Below, piece by piece: positions 1 to 10,150 of a DNA stretch of 64,000 nt; positions within the stretch are counted from its first letter, which is position 1, and each line of letters begins with the position of its first letter. Position numbers and translations under genes: made by a program. The notes under the pieces are model-generated. The model saw only the letters and a list, made by a program, of their open reading frames with translations, did no database searches and was not told where the DNA came from. The stretch comes from an uncultured Chloroflexia bacterium (GTDB taxonomy: Bacteria > Chloroflexota > Limnocylindria > Limnocylindrales > CSP1-4), in NCBI GenBank assembly GCA_963746845.1, contig CAVVCZ010000004.1, positions 992,001 through 1,056,000 on the forward strand. The letters are read 5' to 3'.

Positions 1-759
1 ACGACCAAGTTCATCGGCATCGACAACTACGTCCGGATGACGAACGATCCGACGATCGGCCAGTCGCTGATCGCGACCCTCAAGTTCGCGTTGCTCGCCA
101 TCCCGATCACGATGGGTGCGAGCCTCGGTTTCGCCCTGCTGCTGAACCACCCCAGGATGCCGGCCAAGGGCGCGCTGCGCACGCTCGTCTACATGCCGAT
201 CATGATCCCGCTCGTCGCCTCGACGCTCGTGTGGATGGGGTTCCTCAACACCGAGACGGGATGGCTCAACGAGATCCTCGGCTTCTTCGGGCTGCCGCAG
301 CCCGACTGGATCAACAGCGAGACGTGGATCTACCCGGCGCTCTCGCTCATCGGGCTGTGGGCGATCGGCAACTTCATGATCATCAACATCGCCGGCCTCC
401 AGTCGGTGCCGACCGAGCTGTACGAGGCGGCGCGCATCGACGGCGCGGGGATCTGGCAGTCCTTCCGCCGGATCACGATCCCGCTGATGTCGCCGGTGCT
501 GTTCTACAACCTGGTGATCATCCTGATCGGCACGTTCCAGTACTTCACCCAGGCCTACGTGATGACCAACGGCCGGGGCGATCCGAACAACGCGACGCTG
601 TTCATCAACCTCGTGCTGTTCCGCGAAGGGTTCGTGTTCAACCACATGGGCTACGCGGCGGCCATCGCCTGGCTGCTGTTCGTCATCGTGCTCGTGCTGA
701 CCATCGCGCTGTTCGGCTTCGCCCGTCGACGCGTGTACTACGCCGGCAGCGAGCGATGA
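1..759 (+). CDS. Carbohydrate ABC transporter permease (MalF-type), 5' end outside the window
   Basis: The frame is open from base 1 (TTKFIGIDNY...). It has multiple TM segments and the EAA motif ELYEAARIDGA. Confidence 0.93.
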   Translation, partial: TTKFIGIDNYVRMTNDPTIGQSLIATLKFALLAIPITMGASLGFALLLNHPRMPAKGALRTLVYMPIMIPLVASTLVWMGFLNTETGWLNEILGFFGLPQPDWINSETWIYPALSLIGLWAIGNFMIINIAGLQSVPTELYEAARIDGAGIWQSFRRITIPLMSPVLFYNLVIILIGTFQYFTQAYVMTNGRGDPNNATLFINLVLFREGFVFNHMGYAAAIAWLLFVIVLVLTIALFGFARRRVYYAGSER

Positions 760-1877
760 TCGGTCGCAGCGATGACCACGGCGCGCAGACACACGAGACC
801 CGCGAGAAGACGCAGGGCCGGGCCTTCAGCGAACGCGGTCCCGTCGCCCGCTCGTATCGCCGGTTCCTCGGGCGATCGATGCTGTTCATGTTCGCGCTGG
901 TGATCATCAGCACCCTCCTGCTCCCGATGCTGTACATGGTGACCACGGCGTTCCAACAGCCCGGGCAGTCGACCACGCCCGGCGCACCGGTCTGGCCGGC
1001 CTCCCCGCAGACGGCCCAGTACCAGGGGCAGGACTACCCCGTGTACACCGTGCCGTTCCCGGACGGGACGACGCGCCGACTGATCCTGATCGAGCCCGGC
1101 CGTGAGTCGAGCGTGTTCATCGATCCGACCGACGCGACGCAGACGCCGATCGAGTGGCAGGGTCGCTGGCGGACACTGGAGCAGGCGTGGACCTTCGCGC
1201 CGCTCATCGACAACTTCACGACCGCCTGGAATCAGCTGAACTTCCCGCGGCTGCTGCGGAACACGGTCGGGATCGCGCTGCTGAGCACGATCGGCGCAGT
1301 CCTGTCGTCGATCCTCGTCGCCTACGGGTTCGCGCGCTTCCGCTTCCCCGGCAAGAACGCGCTGTTCGTCGTGCTGATCGCGACGATCATCCTGCCATTC
1401 CAGGTCACGCTCCTGCCGCAATACGTGCTGTTCACGTGGCTGGGCTGGAACGGGACGTGGCTGCCATTGATCATCCCCCATTGCTTCGCCAACGCCTACA
1501 ACGTGTTCCTGCTGCGCCAGTACTTCCTGTCGATCCCGCGCGAGCTCGACGAGGCCGCGATGATCGACGGCGCCGGCCCGTTCCGGATCCTGCGCTCGAT
1601 CATCATTCCGCAGTCGATCCCCGCGATCACCGCGGTCAGCCTGTTCCACTTCTTCTTCGCCTGGAACGACTTCTTCATGCCGCTGCTGTACCTCGGGAGC
1701 AAGCCCGAGCTCCAGCCCCTGTCGATCGCGATCCAGCAGTACAACGCGCTCTACGCGAGCCAGCCCACGCTCATCCAGGCGTCGGCGCTGCTGACGATGG
1801 CCGTCCCGATCGTCGTGTTCTTCCTCGCCCAGCGGGCGTTCATGCGGGGCGTGGTCGTGACCGGGGTCGACAAGTGA
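756..1877 (+). CDS. Carbohydrate ABC transporter permease (MalG-type) with an extended extracytoplasmic loop
   Basis: The ATG at 756 overlaps the upstream stop (ATGA). Motifs: AYGFARFRFPGK, SIPRELDEAAMIDGA, WNDF. Confidence 0.93.
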   Translation: MIGRSDDHGAQTHETREKTQGRAFSERGPVARSYRRFLGRSMLFMFALVIISTLLLPMLYMVTTAFQQPGQSTTPGAPVWPASPQTAQYQGQDYPVYTVPFPDGTTRRLILIEPGRESSVFIDPTDATQTPIEWQGRWRTLEQAWTFAPLIDNFTTAWNQLNFPRLLRNTVGIALLSTIGAVLSSILVAYGFARFRFPGKNALFVVLIATIILPFQVTLLPQYVLFTWLGWNGTWLPLIIPHCFANAYNVFLLRQYFLSIPRELDEAAMIDGAGPFRILRSIIIPQSIPAITAVSLFHFFFAWNDFFMPLLYLGSKPELQPLSIAIQQYNALYASQPTLIQASALLTMAVPIVVFFLAQRAFMRGVVVTGVDK

Positions 1878-4180
1878 CGGAGCCCTGGCCGACGATCCCT
1901 CGCGCCGCGTGGCAGCGCGGGATCGGGGTGCCGTGCGACGACGTCGGCCATCCGCGGGTCGACGGGCCGATCCTCGACGACGGCGAGTTCTCCGGCGTCC
2001 CGATCGGCGGGCTCGGCACGGGGAGCATCGGGCGAACCTACCGCGGCGACGTGGCCCGCTGGCACCTCGAAGTCGGCAAGCATCGCCACGAGCCGGTGGC
2101 CGCCGACGGCTTCTCGCTGTTCGTCGCAGGCCCCGACGGAGCCCGCGCAACCGTCCTCTCCGCGCTGCGCCCGGCCGAGCTGCCCGACTGGGGCTGGACG
2201 CTGCCGGTCGGCGGCGGGACCTACCACGCGCTCTTCCCGCGGGCGTGGCAGACGTTCGAGCCGGAGGCACTCGGCATCCGGGCGATCGGCGAGCAGCTGT
2301 CCCCCGTCATCGCCGGCGATCTCGAGCGGAGCGCGATGCCCGTCGGGGTGTTCGAGTGGTGGCTGGAGAACCCCGGGCCCGACCCACTGACGGTCGGGCT
2401 CCTCTTCACCTGGGCCGATCCGTTCGCGGCGGCCGGGCCCGCGGCCCCGCGGCCCCACACCGTGGTCCGCGAGGACGGCGTCGTCGCGGTCGCGTTCGGC
2501 GATGCGGCCGACGGCAGCCCGACGGCCCTCCGCGGCTCGCTCGCGATCGCGGCCCTCGGCGACGACGGCGTCGAGCTGTCGGCGCGGCCCTGGTTCGACC
2601 CGGTCGCGGACCGCGACCTGTGGGCCGACTTCGCCGCGGACGGCCGGCTCGACCCCGACGCGGCCGACGCGGCCGCCCCATCCGAACCCTCCATCGGCGG
2701 CGCGGCGCTCGCGGCCACGCTGGCCCTCGCCCCCGGCGAGCGCCGCTCCGTCCGGTTCGCGATCGCGTGGGACCTGCCGGTCGTCGAGTTCGGCGCCGGC
2801 CGGCGCTGGTGGAAGCGCTACACCCGGACCTGGGGACGGACCGGAACCCGCGCGCTCGACCTCGCCCGGCATGCGCTGACCGAGGCCCCGGCCTGGCGTC
2901 GCGCGATCGAGGCGTGGCAGGACCCGTATCTCGACGATCCTGGCCGCCCCGACTGGTACGTCATGGCCCTCTTCAACGAGCTCTACTTCCTCGTGGACGG
3001 CGGGTCGTTCTGGGAGCACGGCGAGGTCGGCGGCCCGGATCCGGGACCCGACGACGTCGGCCGGTTCGCGCTCCTCGAGTGCGTCGACTACCCGTTCTAC
3101 GACACGGTCGATGTCGACTTCTACGCATCGTTCGCCCTCCTCGACGTCTTCCCGGAGCTCGAGCAGCGTGGGATCCGCGACCTCCTCGACGCGATCCCGG
3201 TCGACGATCCGGAGATCGTCACGATCGAGGCGTCCGGGACGCGCGCGCCGCGGAAGATCGGCGGGACCGTCCCGCACGACGTCGGCGGCCCGGGGGACGA
3301 CCCGTTCCATCGCCCGAACTGGTACCGCTTCCAGGACGTGAACGACTGGAAGGACCTGGGCCCGAAGTTCGTCCTCCAGGCGTGGCGCGACGCGGTGGCC
3401 GCCGGCCCGGCCGGCGCTGCCCTGATCCGGGACGCCTGGCCGACCGTCGACGGCGTCCTGACCCGGCTGACGAGCTTCGACCGCGACGGCGACGGCCTCC
3501 TCGAGCACGACGCGCGACCCGACCAGACCTACGACACGTGGCCGATGCGCGGCCCATCGGCGTACGCGGGCTCGCTCTGGCTGGCGGCCGTGGCCGCGGC
3601 CGAGGCGATGGCCCGCCGGCAGGGGCTCGTCGAGGCGGCGGCCCGCTGGGAGGGCTGGTTCGAGCGCGGCCAGGTCGCCTTCGACCGGCGCCTGTGGCGC
3701 GGCGACCATTACGCCTACGACGGCGGCGACGGACCGAGCTCCGAGAGCATCATGGCCGACCAGCTCGCGGGCCAGTGGTACGCCGACGCGACCGGTCTCG
3801 GCGACATCGTGCCGCGCGAGCGGGTCGACGCGGCCCTCCGGACGATCCACCGGACGAACGTGTGCGGGTTCGCCGATGGGCGGATGGGCGCGGTCAACGG
3901 CACGCGCCCGGACGGCTCCGTCGACACCTCCAGCGAGCAGTCCGCGGAGGTGTGGGTCGGGACGACCTACGCCCTGGCCGCGTTCATGATCGGCCGCGGG
4001 CTGGCGAACGAGGGCTGGGAGACGGCCCGTGGCGTCGTCGCGACCACGTACGAGCGGGGCCTCTGGTTCCGGACCCCGGAGGCGTACGACCGGGACGGGA
4101 ACTTCCGGGCCTCGATCTACCTCCGGCCGCTCGCGATCTGGGCCATCGAGGAAGCCCTCCGGCGCAACGAAGGACGCTGA
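1874..4180 (+). CDS. GH116 family beta-glycosidase (GBA2-like beta-glucosidase/xylosidase)
   Basis: The GTG at 1874 overlaps the upstream stop (GTGA). Motifs: GVPIGGLGTGSIGR, YHALFPRAW, FALLECVDY (nucleophile region), PDQTYDTW (acid/base region), FRTPEA, YLRPLAIW. Confidence 0.92.
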   Translation: MTEPWPTIPRAAWQRGIGVPCDDVGHPRVDGPILDDGEFSGVPIGGLGTGSIGRTYRGDVARWHLEVGKHRHEPVAADGFSLFVAGPDGARATVLSALRPAELPDWGWTLPVGGGTYHALFPRAWQTFEPEALGIRAIGEQLSPVIAGDLERSAMPVGVFEWWLENPGPDPLTVGLLFTWADPFAAAGPAAPRPHTVVREDGVVAVAFGDAADGSPTALRGSLAIAALGDDGVELSARPWFDPVADRDLWADFAADGRLDPDAADAAAPSEPSIGGAALAATLALAPGERRSVRFAIAWDLPVVEFGAGRRWWKRYTRTWGRTGTRALDLARHALTEAPAWRRAIEAWQDPYLDDPGRPDWYVMALFNELYFLVDGGSFWEHGEVGGPDPGPDDVGRFALLECVDYPFYDTVDVDFYASFALLDVFPELEQRGIRDLLDAIPVDDPEIVTIEASGTRAPRKIGGTVPHDVGGPGDDPFHRPNWYRFQDVNDWKDLGPKFVLQAWRDAVAAGPAGAALIRDAWPTVDGVLTRLTSFDRDGDGLLEHDARPDQTYDTWPMRGPSAYAGSLWLAAVAAAEAMARRQGLVEAAARWEGWFERGQVAFDRRLWRGDHYAYDGGDGPSSESIMADQLAGQWYADATGLGDIVPRERVDAALRTIHRTNVCGFADGRMGAVNGTRPDGSVDTSSEQSAEVWVGTTYALAAFMIGRGLANEGWETARGVVATTYERGLWFRTPEAYDRDGNFRASIYLRPLAIWAIEEALRRNEGR

Positions 4181-4186
4181 GCCGCC

Positions 4187-7048
4187 TCAGGGGCTCCGGG
4201 CGAGAGCGACCGCCTCCGACATCGACATCGCCCGCCCGGCGCTCCACGCGGTCTCGACCGCGTCGGCCGCGAGCATCGTGCGCAGGCGCATGACGAACCG
4301 TTCCATCTCCGGCTCCTCGTCGAACGCCATCGGGGCCGCCGCGGCCTCGCGGATCGCCTCGGCCGCACCAAAGAGCCGGGCCGCCCGATCCGGCCGATCC
4401 TGGTCGATCGCGACGTACGCGACGTTCTCGAGCTGGTTTGCGACGGCGCCACGGTGGCCGAGGTGGACCCATCCGCCGATCGTGTCGCGGTAGACGGCCT
4501 CGGCCTCGTCGAGCCGGCCCCCACGCCGGAGGGCGTGGGCCAGATCGCTCTTCGCCGCGAGACCCAGCCGCACGTCGCCGAGCTCGGCGAACCGGGCGAT
4601 CGCGATCGCGAACCGGGCGGCCGCCCCGTCGGTCTGACCGGTCGCGCCGAGCATCCGGCCATGGGCGATCGACACGGCGCCGATGGCATACGGGCTGCCG
4701 GACCGTCGGGCCGCTTCGTCCGCCCGGAGCACGAGCGCCTCCGCGGTCGACGGATCGGCGGCGGCCAGGCCCGCGCCGGCGAACCCGGCGGCCATGCCCA
4801 GCATCCACCAGTTGCCGGCCCGTTCGGCGAGGGCCACGCTCTCCTCGAACAACGGCCGGACCGTCTCGCCGCCGCCGGTGAACACCATCGCCACGCCGAG
4901 GCCGCTCCGTGCGATGAGGCGGGCCTCGATGTCGCCACTCGCGTCGGCCAGCGGGAGCGCGTCGCGGCCCCACTCGAGCGCGGGCCGGGCCTGACCCCCC
5001 ATCGCCCAGATCCGGGCCGCCTCGCCGAGCAGCCGGGCGGCGAGCGCCTGATCGGCCGGATCCGCCGCCGGGTTCCCGACCGTCCGGGCACGGGCGATCT
5101 CGATCGCGGCGACGACGCGGGCCTCGTTGTCGGTCGACGCCACGCGGACCGCCCAGTACGCGAGCAGCGCGGTCGCCATCCGGACCGCGGCCCACGGCTG
5201 GGCCTCGAGTCCCCACTCGAGCGCCGCGCCGAAGTTCTCCGCGTCCGCGTCCATCCGATCGAGCCAGTCGACCATGGCGGGCCCGCGCAGCTCGGGCTCC
5301 GCCGCCACGGCCACCTCGGCGAACGTGGCGAAATGGCGATCCGCGAGCGCCTCGACCTCATCGGCCTCGATCAGCTTCTCGCGCGCGTACTGACGGATCG
5401 TCTCGAGCATCCGGAACCGGGTGCTCGGCCCGCGATCGACGATCACGAGGCTGCGGTCGACGAGACGGGTGAGCTCGTCCAGCAGCTCGACCTCGTCGGT
5501 GGCCCCCTCGCCGTCGCCCACGATCCGCGCGGCGGCCTCGACCGTCCAGCCACCGGCGAAGATCGACAGCCGCCGGAGCAGCCGGCGATCGGCATCGGTC
5601 AGGAGGTCCCAGCTCCAGTCGATGAGCGCATGGAGGGTCTGCTGGCGCGGCACCGCGGTCCGCCGACCGCCGGCGAGCAGCCGGAAGCGATCGCCGAGAC
5701 GGCGCGCGATGTCGTCGGGCGACATGACCGAGACCCGCGCCGCGGCGAGCTCGATCGCGAGCGGGATCCCGTCGAGACGCCGGCAGATCTCGGAGATCGA
5801 TGCGACGTTCGCCGCACCGAGCGTGAAGCCGGGGTCCACGGAGGTCGCACGGTCGAGGAAGAGACGGACCGCCTCGGTCCCGGCCGCCGCATCGATGTCG
5901 ATCGCCTCGTCCTCACCGCCCGGTGCACGCCGCGGGGTCGACACCGGGCACGACAGCGACTGGAGGTGGACCACGGCCTCGCCGGAGATCGCCAGGGCCT
6001 CCCGGCTCGTGGTCAGGATGCGGAGCCGGGGCGCCGTGGCGAGGAGCCGCTCGGCGATCCCGGCGACCGCATCGACGAGATGCTCCGCATTGTCGAGCAG
6101 GAGCAGGAGCTCCTTGTCGGCGAGGAACGCCCCGACCGTGGCGAGCGCCGGCTGACCGGGGATCTCCGGCGCCCCGAGCGCCCGGGCGATCTCCGATGCG
6201 ACCTGCGCCGGGTCGCCGAGCGGGGCCAGCTCGGCGAGCCACGTGCCGTCGGGGAACTCGTCCGCGAGCCGGCCCGCCGCCTCGAGCATCAGCCGCGTCT
6301 TGCCCGTGCCGCCGGTCCCGATGAGCGTCACGAGCCGGTGCCGGGCGACGAGGGCCTCGACGTCGGCGAGCTCCCGATCCCGCCCGACGAACGACGTCAG
6401 CTGGACCGGCAGGTTCGTCCGGCGGGTGCTCAGCGAGCGCAGGGCCGGAAAGTCCCGGGGCAGGTCCGCCGCGATCACCTGGAAGACCTGCTCGGGCCGG
6501 TCGAGGTCGCGCAGGCGGTGCGACCCGAGGTCGCGCAGCTCGGTGCCGTCCGGGAGGCGGTCTCCCGCGAGCACGACCGCCATCGCCGACACGAGGATCT
6601 GGCCGCCGTGGCCGATCGCGAGGATCCGGGCCGAGCGGTTCAGGGCAGGTCCGAAGTAGTCACCGTCGCGGACCTCGGCGGTTCCGGCGTGGATGGCCAT
6701 CCGGACCCGCAGCGCCCCGATCGCGCCCCAGTCGGCGTCGCGCAGCGCCCGCTGGCCGTCGAGGGCCGCCGAGAGCGCGGCGGGCGGATCGTCGAACACC
6801 GCCAGCAGGCCGTCGCCGGTCGTCTTGATGACGGACCCGCCGTTGCCCTCGACCGCCGCGCGGAGGATCGCGTCGTGGAGGGCCAGAGCGCCGGCCATCG
6901 CCGGGGCCTGCTCCTCCCAGAGCCGCGTGCTCCCCTCGATGTCGGTGATCAGGAAGGTGGAGAGGGCGCCCGACGACGCCGGCACCGACCCGGCACCCTG
7001 GCGAGCCGGCGACGGGGCCACGGACCGCGCGGCGGACGGCTCGATCAT
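4187..7048 (-). CDS. Class III adenylate/guanylate cyclase - STAND NTPase - TPR/helical-repeat protein
   Basis: Cyclase motifs TFLITDIEGST, IKTTGDG, RMAIHAG and DYFGPALNRSAR. Walker A GTGGTGKT, Walker B LLLLLDNAEH, LDGIPLAIELAA, then Ala-rich helical repeats. ATG at 7048 lies just after the aminotransferase stop. Confidence 0.9.
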   Translation of the reverse strand: MIEPSAARSVAPSPARQGAGSVPASSGALSTFLITDIEGSTRLWEEQAPAMAGALALHDAILRAAVEGNGGSVIKTTGDGLLAVFDDPPAALSAALDGQRALRDADWGAIGALRVRMAIHAGTAEVRDGDYFGPALNRSARILAIGHGGQILVSAMAVVLAGDRLPDGTELRDLGSHRLRDLDRPEQVFQVIAADLPRDFPALRSLSTRRTNLPVQLTSFVGRDRELADVEALVARHRLVTLIGTGGTGKTRLMLEAAGRLADEFPDGTWLAELAPLGDPAQVASEIARALGAPEIPGQPALATVGAFLADKELLLLLDNAEHLVDAVAGIAERLLATAPRLRILTTSREALAISGEAVVHLQSLSCPVSTPRRAPGGEDEAIDIDAAAGTEAVRLFLDRATSVDPGFTLGAANVASISEICRRLDGIPLAIELAAARVSVMSPDDIARRLGDRFRLLAGGRRTAVPRQQTLHALIDWSWDLLTDADRRLLRRLSIFAGGWTVEAAARIVGDGEGATDEVELLDELTRLVDRSLVIVDRGPSTRFRMLETIRQYAREKLIEADEVEALADRHFATFAEVAVAAEPELRGPAMVDWLDRMDADAENFGAALEWGLEAQPWAAVRMATALLAYWAVRVASTDNEARVVAAIEIARARTVGNPAADPADQALAARLLGEAARIWAMGGQARPALEWGRDALPLADASGDIEARLIARSGLGVAMVFTGGGETVRPLFEESVALAERAGNWWMLGMAAGFAGAGLAAADPSTAEALVLRADEAARRSGSPYAIGAVSIAHGRMLGATGQTDGAAARFAIAIARFAELGDVRLGLAAKSDLAHALRRGGRLDEAEAVYRDTIGGWVHLGHRGAVANQLENVAYVAIDQDRPDRAARLFGAAEAIREAAAAPMAFDEEPEMERFVMRLRTMLAADAVETAWSAGRAMSMSEAVALARSP

Positions 7049-7055
7049 CCGGCGA

Positions 7056-8276
7056 TCACGGTCCGCCGAGTCTGCGACGGTCGACGAACCGGCCGATCCG
7101 GCGGAGTGCCTCCTCGAGGCCCTCGTACGACGTCGCGTAGCAGGCCCGGACATGACCCTCACCCGACGGCCCGAACGCGGATCCCGGGACGACCGCGACG
7201 CGCTCCTCCTGGATGAGCTCCTGGGCGAACGCCTCCGACGAGAGGCCCGTCGCCGACGTCACCGCCGGGAAGGCGTAGAACGCGCCCCGTGGCTCGAACG
7301 TCCGGAGGCCCATCGCGTTGAATCCGTCGACCACCAGGCGGCGCCGGCGGTCGTACTCGGCGCGCATCCGCTCGACGTCCGCCTCGCCGCCGGTCAGTGC
7401 CTCGAGCGCCGCGTCCTGGGCCGTCGTCGGGGCGGACATGATCCCGTACTGGTGGATCTTCACGATCCCCTCGAGGATCGCGGCGGGCGCGGCGAGCCAG
7501 CCGACCCGCCAGCCGGTCATCGCATAGGCCTTGCTGAACCCGCCCATCAGGACGGTCCGCTCGCGCATCCCGGGTAGGGCGCTGAACGCCCGATGGCGGT
7601 GATCGCCGTAGACGAGCCGGTCGTAGATCTCGTCGCTGTAGACGAGCAGGTCGTGCCGGTCGGCGATCGCCGCCAGCTCGTCCTGGACCGCGTCCGGCAG
7701 GACCGCGCCCGTCGGGTTGCACGGGTAGCCGAGGAACAGGGCCTTCGTCCGGGGCGTGATCGCCGCCTCGACCGCCGCGGGATCCAGAGCGAATTCGCGA
7801 TCCATCGTGGTCGAGACGAGCCGGACGGTCCCGCCGGCGAACACGACCGCGGGCACATAGGCGACGTACGAGGGCTCGTGCAGGATCACCTCGTCGCCGG
7901 GGTCGATCGTGGCTCGCAGGGCGAGGTCGACCGCCTCGGACGCGCCGACCGTGATCAGGAGCTCGGTCGCCGGGTCGTACGTGACGCCGGAGCGCCTCTC
8001 GAGGTGGGCGGCGAGGGCCCGCCGGAGCTCGATCGTCCCGTAGTTGCTCGTGTAGTGGGTCCGGCCGTTGTGGAGCGACCGGACGCCGGCGGCGACGATC
8101 CGCTCCGGGGTGTCGAAGTCCGGCTCCCCCACCCCGAGGCTGATCACGTCGTCCATCGTCGCGGCGATGTCGAAGAACCGCCGGATCCCCGACGGCGGGA
8201 CGGCGCGGACGCGCTCGGCGAGAGCGCGCTCGGCGAGCGGCAGACGAGCGGCGACGGCGGGCTGCTCGATCGACAT
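7056..8276 (-). CDS. PLP-dependent aminotransferase class I/II (AspC-like)
   Basis: Motifs ISLGVGEPDF, PCNPTG, SDEIY and GFSKAYAMTGWRVG (PLP lysine). Confidence 0.93.
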   Translation of the reverse strand: MSIEQPAVAARLPLAERALAERVRAVPPSGIRRFFDIAATMDDVISLGVGEPDFDTPERIVAAGVRSLHNGRTHYTSNYGTIELRRALAAHLERRSGVTYDPATELLITVGASEAVDLALRATIDPGDEVILHEPSYVAYVPAVVFAGGTVRLVSTTMDREFALDPAAVEAAITPRTKALFLGYPCNPTGAVLPDAVQDELAAIADRHDLLVYSDEIYDRLVYGDHRHRAFSALPGMRERTVLMGGFSKAYAMTGWRVGWLAAPAAILEGIVKIHQYGIMSAPTTAQDAALEALTGGEADVERMRAEYDRRRRLVVDGFNAMGLRTFEPRGAFYAFPAVTSATGLSSEAFAQELIQEERVAVVPGSAFGPSGEGHVRACYATSYEGLEEALRRIGRFVDRRRLGGP

Positions 8277-8348
8277 GTCGAGGCGAAGACTACGCGATCG
8301 GGGGACCCTCGGCCGTTCGCGGGCTCGCGGTGAATCGCTCCCGCCGGG

Positions 8349-8552
8349 TCAGGCCGGACCGGACGCGATGACCGCCGAGGCGTCGGCCACGACCCGGGCA
8401 GCACCGACGACCGCCGCCGCGAGCAGCGCCACACGGGCGACGACGGCCAAATTGGTCGAGAACGCCACGAACACGAGGCCGCCGAGCGCCGCTCCGATCC
8501 CCGCGACGGCGACGAAGAAGTCGTGCCACGCGTCCGGTTCGAGGCCGTGCAT
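8349..8552 (-). CDS. Small hydrophobic membrane protein, probably a truncated remnant
   Basis: 67 aa (MHGLEPDAWHDFFVAVAGIGAALGGLVFVAFSTNL...). It resembles the N-terminus of a widespread uncharacterised membrane-protein family whose members are normally longer. Confidence 0.45.
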   Translation of the reverse strand: MHGLEPDAWHDFFVAVAGIGAALGGLVFVAFSTNLAVVARVALLAAAVVGAARVVADASAVIASGPA

Positions 8553-8569
8553 GGTCGGCGGCGTTGACG

Positions 8570-10150
8570 TCAGCGGCGGGCCAGAGCCGCGGCCCGCTCG
8601 GCCGGCGTCGGCTGGTCGGGGTCCGTCGTGAGCGCCAGCTGGGCGGGCTCCTGGTCGCGCCATGGGGCGGCCGACGTGAGTGCCTCGTAGCCGCGCGCGA
8701 GCGCGAACAGGCGCGCCTCGGACCACGCGGGGCCGATCAGCTGGAGCCCGACCGGCATCCCCTCCGACAGCCCGCACGGGATCGAGATCGCGGGTAGACC
8801 GGCCATGTTGACGGGCAGCGTGCAGGCGTCCGACAGGTACATCGCGACCGGGTCGGCCAGCTTCGCACCGAACCGGAACGCGACCGACGGCGAGGTCGGG
8901 GCGACGAGCGCGTCGAAGCCCTGCTCGAACAGCGTGTCGAAGTCCCGCTTGATCAGCGTCCGGACCTTCTGGGCCTTCACGTAGAACGCGTCGTAGTAGC
9001 CGGCGCTCAGGGCATAGGTCCCGAGCATGATCCGGCGCTTCACCTCCGGACCGAAGCCGCGACCGCGCGTCGCGAGATAGTTCGCGAGGACGTCGCGATC
9101 ACCGAGCCGCGGGCCGAACCGCACGCCGTCGTACCGGGCGAGGTTCGCCGACGCCTCCGCGGGAGCGACGATGTAGTAGGTCGCCAGCCCGTAGTCCGTG
9201 TGGGGCAGGCTGACCTCCTCGACGGTCGCGCCGGCGCCTTCCAGTGCGCTGACTGCCTCCTCGATCCGGCGTCGCGAATCGGGCTCCATGCCGTCGACGA
9301 AGTACTCCTTCGGCAGGCCGAGCCGCTTTCCCGCCAGCCCGGCGGCGGCTTCGTCGGCGCCGTCCGGGAGATGGAGGAGCTCGTCGGGGACCGGGACCGG
9401 CGCAGACGTGGAGTCGCGCTCGTCGCGGCCGGCGATCGCGTGGAGGAGCGCGGCCGCGTCGCGGACGTCGCGTGCGAACGGCCCGATCTGGTCGAGGCTG
9501 CTCGCGAACGCCACGATCCCGTAGCGCGACACGCGGCCGTAGGTCGGCTTGAGCCCGACGATCCCGGTCAGCGCAGCGGGCTGGCGGATCGAGCCGCCGG
9601 TGTCGGTCCCGATCGAGAGCGGCGCGTGGTACGCGGCGACCGCGACCGCGGACCCGCCGGACGAGCCCCCTGGCACGGTCTCGAGGTCCCACGGGTTCGC
9701 GACCGGTCCGTAGGCGCTGTGCTCGTTCGACGAGCCCATCGCGAACTCGTCCATGTTCGTCTTGCCGAGCATCACCGCCCCGACGGCCCGGAGCCGCTCG
9801 GTGATGTGGGCGTCGTACGGTGCGATGTAGCCCTCGAGGATCCGCGAGCCGGCCGTGCACTGCCCGCCGCGAACGGAGATCAGGTCCTTGAGCGCCACCG
9901 GGATGCCGAGCAGGGGGTGGGCGTCCGGCTCGACGGCCCGGAGACGCGCGTCGGCAGCGTCCGCCTGGCGGAGGGCGTCGTCGCGGTCGATCGTCAGCCA
10001 CGCGTTCAGCGCATGGTTCCCGGCTTCCGCCGCATCGAGGTGCGCGACGGTCAGCTCCCGGGACGTGACCTCGCCGGCGCGCAGGCGCTCGGCCATGGCG
10101 CGGGCCGTGAGCCGGGTCGGGTCGGCGCTCATGGTCGTGTCGGCGCTCAT
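8570..10150 (-). CDS. gatA: Asp-tRNA(Asn)/Glu-tRNA(Gln) amidotransferase subunit A
   Basis: Amidase signature VALKDL, GKTNMDEFAMGSS, PGGSSGGS and GTDTGGSIRQPA, plus EVKRRIMLGTY. Confidence 0.97.
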   Translation of the reverse strand: MSADTTMSADPTRLTARAMAERLRAGEVTSRELTVAHLDAAEAGNHALNAWLTIDRDDALRQADAADARLRAVEPDAHPLLGIPVALKDLISVRGGQCTAGSRILEGYIAPYDAHITERLRAVGAVMLGKTNMDEFAMGSSNEHSAYGPVANPWDLETVPGGSSGGSAVAVAAYHAPLSIGTDTGGSIRQPAALTGIVGLKPTYGRVSRYGIVAFASSLDQIGPFARDVRDAAALLHAIAGRDERDSTSAPVPVPDELLHLPDGADEAAAGLAGKRLGLPKEYFVDGMEPDSRRRIEEAVSALEGAGATVEEVSLPHTDYGLATYYIVAPAEASANLARYDGVRFGPRLGDRDVLANYLATRGRGFGPEVKRRIMLGTYALSAGYYDAFYVKAQKVRTLIKRDFDTLFEQGFDALVAPTSPSVAFRFGAKLADPVAMYLSDACTLPVNMAGLPAISIPCGLSEGMPVGLQLIGPAWSEARLFALARGYEALTSAAPWRDQEPAQLALTTDPDQPTPAERAAALARR

